The position numbers and the translations under genes were made by a program. 64,000 bases of DNA from Adineta vaga (lineage: Eukaryota > Animalia > Rotifera). This document shows, piece after piece, positions 60,910 through 64,000 of this stretch. The DNA is taken from assembly GCA_021613535.1 (NCBI GenBank), contig CP075492.1, positions 17,236,001-17,300,000 on the forward strand. The letters run 5' to 3'. A model generated the notes under the pieces. It worked only from the letters and a program-made list of their open reading frames with translations, did not search any database and was not told where the DNA came from. How positions within the stretch are numbered: position 1 is the stretch's first letter; the number at the start of each line of letters is the position of its first letter.

Positions 60910-61989
60910 GTGGATAATTCAGACCTTTGTGAAACAAAAAATACTCAACATTTGCTGCTTCGATACGGTTGCAAGATCATGGAAGAAGCATATCATATGC
61001 GGAATAGAGCAGAACAAACATTTGATCAATCACCTTATAGGACGGACGACGAAGATGTACATTCTCAACAGTCTGAACTTCAAGATCTTCCCATTCATGA
61101 TGATGTTACACTGAAATCTATCGCTTCCAACTCGCCAATTCAAGACAAATCTATTATTTCTGTACTTGAACATGAGTTGGTCACCCAAATGGCAAAGTTA
61201 AAGGTTGATGGCATGGATAAATTATCAGAAAAAACCCAACAAACTCAAGAACGTATCGAACACTCTCGAATTGTGGACAGAGAGGAAATGCAGATGCTGA
61301 CACAACTAAAAGCTTTAGTGCTCTTAGATGACACAGTTAAGAAACTGAAATATCGTCAAGCGGATGAAGACAGTACTAGTGTGGAGAAACTTTATCAACT
61401 CGAAAAGGAGTTAAACAATGGACTGACGAAGTTCCAGATCGATGATACGAATAAGTTACCGGAAAAAATACAACAAACTCAAGAACGTATTGGAGACGAC
61501 AGAGCGGAAGAGGCTGAAAAGCAAATCGAAATTTTGACAGAGTTGAAGCGTTTGACGCTTTTAGATGAAACAATTACGGAACTGAAATCCACTCAATCAG
61601 TTGAAGAGAGCAGTATTGTGATGGGGCTTTCCTACGTCGAAGAAGAGCTGATCAATGGAATGGCCAATTTGAAAGTTGATGACGTGAAAAAATTACCGAA
61701 AAAAATACAACAAACTGAAGAACGTATCAGAGACGAGAGAGACGAAGAGGCTGAAAAGCAAATCGAAATTTTAACAGAGTTGAAGCGTTTGACTATTATA
61801 GATGGCGCGATTACTAAATTGAAATCTACGCGATCAGTTGAAGGTAGCAGCAGCAGTGTGATGAAACCTCATCGATTCGAACAAGACTCGGTAAGTAGAT
61901 TGACAGAATTCTGGATTTCTTACGTAAATAAGCTACCAGAAAGAACTTCAACGGACTTTAGAACGTATCGAAAATTGCTGGCAGAATAG
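60910..61989 (+). CDS. Acidic helical protein region with about 3.3 tandem 78-80-aa repeats
   Basis: Repeat unit LExELxxxxxxLKVDxxxKLPEKIQQTQERI...LTELKRLTLLD; caacaaact(c/g)aagaacgt recurs at 61237, 61471 and 61708. True start is unknown. Confidence 0.65.
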   Translation: MDNSDLCETKNTQHLLLRYGCKIMEEAYHMRNRAEQTFDQSPYRTDDEDVHSQQSELQDLPIHDDVTLKSIASNSPIQDKSIISVLEHELVTQMAKLKVDGMDKLSEKTQQTQERIEHSRIVDREEMQMLTQLKALVLLDDTVKKLKYRQADEDSTSVEKLYQLEKELNNGLTKFQIDDTNKLPEKIQQTQERIGDDRAEEAEKQIEILTELKRLTLLDETITELKSTQSVEESSIVMGLSYVEEELINGMANLKVDDVKKLPKKIQQTEERIRDERDEEAEKQIEILTELKRLTIIDGAITKLKSTRSVEGSSSSVMKPHRFEQDSVSRLTEFWISYVNKLPERTSTDFRTYRKLLAE

Positions 61990-62327
61990 AGAACTACGTA
62001 ATCAATTCCATATTTCGAAAGTGTTAAATTACTTAGATCGGTTCTATATGTGATGGTTTAGGAACTTGATGTCCCACTATCAAGTGGAAATCAAACAGAA
62101 TGAAAGGCATTGTTAAAAAGGACAACTATCATTTGCTGAAAGCTGTAGCAAATGACTGAGAGAGAGTGAGTGAGAATAATGACGACTACTACGGTCTCAT
62201 GGAGGAATGGTAAAGAAAAGATAGAGGTGGAAAGAAAAAGTGAAGTCTATAGATGAGATCATTCTATGGCCTAACCGAACGACAGCTCATAATAATACAT
62301 CTTTGCTTTTTCTTATCTATTTTGAAG

Positions 62328-63503
62328 CCAACATTGCCTCAACAGTACCCGACAAATAATGACTATCAAGTGGAATCGGATGATCGATCTACCACAAGTG
62401 AAGGTAACAAACGTTGTTACCAGCATCATGCTTCTAACCGACCAGCTAAACGATTTCATATAGCACCACAACGGTCAACCGTACCAGAATTTTTTCTTCC
62501 CTTGCCTGAGGTGAGACCAGTCCGTTACAAACCATTGCGGGAAAAAATCCAACAAAAATATCGTGAGTTATGTCGGTGGTCTGGTCAACGATTTCCGGGA
62601 TCTGAGCCTGTACCAATGCATCGTAAAAATTATGCCAACATTTTGCAATTGCCCTATATGGTCACTTGGAAACCGGTTGGTAAACGGTACATGATGTTAA
62701 TTGAAGAAGAAAATAAAGTGTACATGCTCAACCAAGGTAAAGATCTATTCAGCGTTGATGAGATTCGATTTCCATACGATGCGGACAATACAACTCATCT
62801 AAAGGACACATTAGTCGATGGTGAAGTTGTATGTGATAAAATCAATGGTTCGAATGAGGCTAGCTTTTTTATCAACGATATCATCATTTATAATGGTACA
62901 GACGTGACCGCTTATTCATTTCCGGACCGTTTGAAGCTGATTTCTGAATCGATCGTCAACATACACAATAATGCCATTACAAAGGGAACGCAACCGTTTC
63001 GAATACGAATCAAACAGTTTTTTCGTTTATCAGACATGGACAAACTGCTTAGCCGGGAATTTCGTGCAAGCATACCTCATGAAGTTGAAGGACTCTTTTT
63101 TTTACCAGAACGGAAGCCATATAGAGCTGGTGAATGTCCAGACGTATTGAAGTGGAAGGAAAACGAGACGATCGATTTTCGTTTGAACATTGTCGACAAT
63201 GGTGCACATCCAGAGAAGAAAGCTCATCTCTTTCTCAGTCGTATGAATAAGCCGTTTGCGAAGATGCATTACTCGTCGTATTTGCAAAAATATGATAACA
63301 AAATTGTTTCATGTTATTACAGAGATAGTGATTGGTACGTTTATCGATTACGTCATGATAGGCGGTATCCTAATTCAGAACAAACAGCTATGACTGTTAT
63401 GAACGTGATGGAAAAACCAGTCACAAAAGAGGATCTTCGTGATTTAATGAAGAATCAATCAACAACCCATGTTCATGACCATAATTCGTCATGGGCTACA
63501 TAG
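62328..63503 (+). CDS. Divergent mRNA guanylyltransferase (capping enzyme GTase + OB domain); no triphosphatase domain visible
   Basis: FPGSEPVPM, motif I WKPVGKRY (normally KxDG), III LVDGEVV, IIIa FFINDII, IV EGLFF, V LKWK, TIDF, VI RLRHDRRYPN. Likely acceptor ttttgaag at 62327. Confidence 0.85.
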   Translation, partial: PTLPQQYPTNNDYQVESDDRSTTSEGNKRCYQHHASNRPAKRFHIAPQRSTVPEFFLPLPEVRPVRYKPLREKIQQKYRELCRWSGQRFPGSEPVPMHRKNYANILQLPYMVTWKPVGKRYMMLIEEENKVYMLNQGKDLFSVDEIRFPYDADNTTHLKDTLVDGEVVCDKINGSNEASFFINDIIIYNGTDVTAYSFPDRLKLISESIVNIHNNAITKGTQPFRIRIKQFFRLSDMDKLLSREFRASIPHEVEGLFFLPERKPYRAGECPDVLKWKENETIDFRLNIVDNGAHPEKKAHLFLSRMNKPFAKMHYSSYLQKYDNKIVSCYYRDSDWYVYRLRHDRRYPNSEQTAMTVMNVMEKPVTKEDLRDLMKNQSTTHVHDHNSSWAT

Positions 63504-64000
63504 GTCAGAAGTCGAGGGTGATGATATGGTTCAAACGAAAAAGAAATTGACATGGAATATACTTGTCTGAAGCAAACTAATCTATATACAGTTTTTAAAG
63601 AGAAAATAAAACTTCAATTGCTCGAAACATTCTTAGAAAAATACCATGGATGTTTTCTTCATTGTTGAACATTTTATATCTTTGGATGAGAGTAACTCAT
63701 TGTGACGAGACTGAGTTTTTTCTAAGAACATTAAAATCATATTCAGGTGAGATATGTTATATTTACGTCTGCTTATTATTGTTTTGCACATAAAGATTCG
63801 GCAGTTTATACTTTGATTATTTCATATTGATATTCTTGTCATCGAAGTAAAAAGTGCGAGAACATCTTCGCAATGCACTAATATTATTATTGTCCTTCCA
63901 TACTATCAACCAAAACCATCAAGTAGTCGGCCGATCTTCGCAAGATCGAAAAGAAAATGTTGTCCATTGTTTGAACCAGTCTTCATCGGTACAAAAAAAG

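Noticed and set aside
1791-63525. Telomere-like palindromes as CRISPR, classical MITE or true chromosome end
   Set aside because: Copies are dispersed rather than arrayed, have non-homologous interiors and no visible TSD, and the arms are too short and internal to be a telomere. Isolated CACCC/KLF boxes do not explain the inverted pairing and spacing.

Overview
AT-rich eukaryotic DNA with short (about 45-65 nt) GT-AG introns. The gene content points strongly to a bdelloid rotifer (inference; species not determinable): LDLa/EGF-GPCR, orphan GPCRs, F-box/LRR proteins, an ADP-ribosyltransferase(ART)-TPR cluster, ARM-TIR-SAM, CYPs, and several bacterial-like, probably horizontally acquired genes. 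The window is a dynamic accessory region. It holds (i) a complete 5.4-kb two-ORF non-LTR retrotransposon with polyA tail and a 19-bp TSD inside an F-box-LRR gene, (ii) a 140-bp exon-intron LRR array, (iii) a 2.1-kb tandem duplication that builds a chimeric ART gene, (iv) a microhomology-bounded deletion pseudogene, and (v) a divergent GTase-only capping enzyme. The most striking unexplained signal is a dispersed family of about 20 short bipartite palindromes. Their consensus is roughly TTGAGGGTG(TGGGTG)n - unrelated spacer of usually 15-17 nt - (CACCCA)nCACCCTCAA. The arms are bdelloid telomere-like repeats facing inward. Copies recur every few kb between genes and in introns, and one sits exactly at a gene-truncating junction. 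All calls were made by eye, without database searches.
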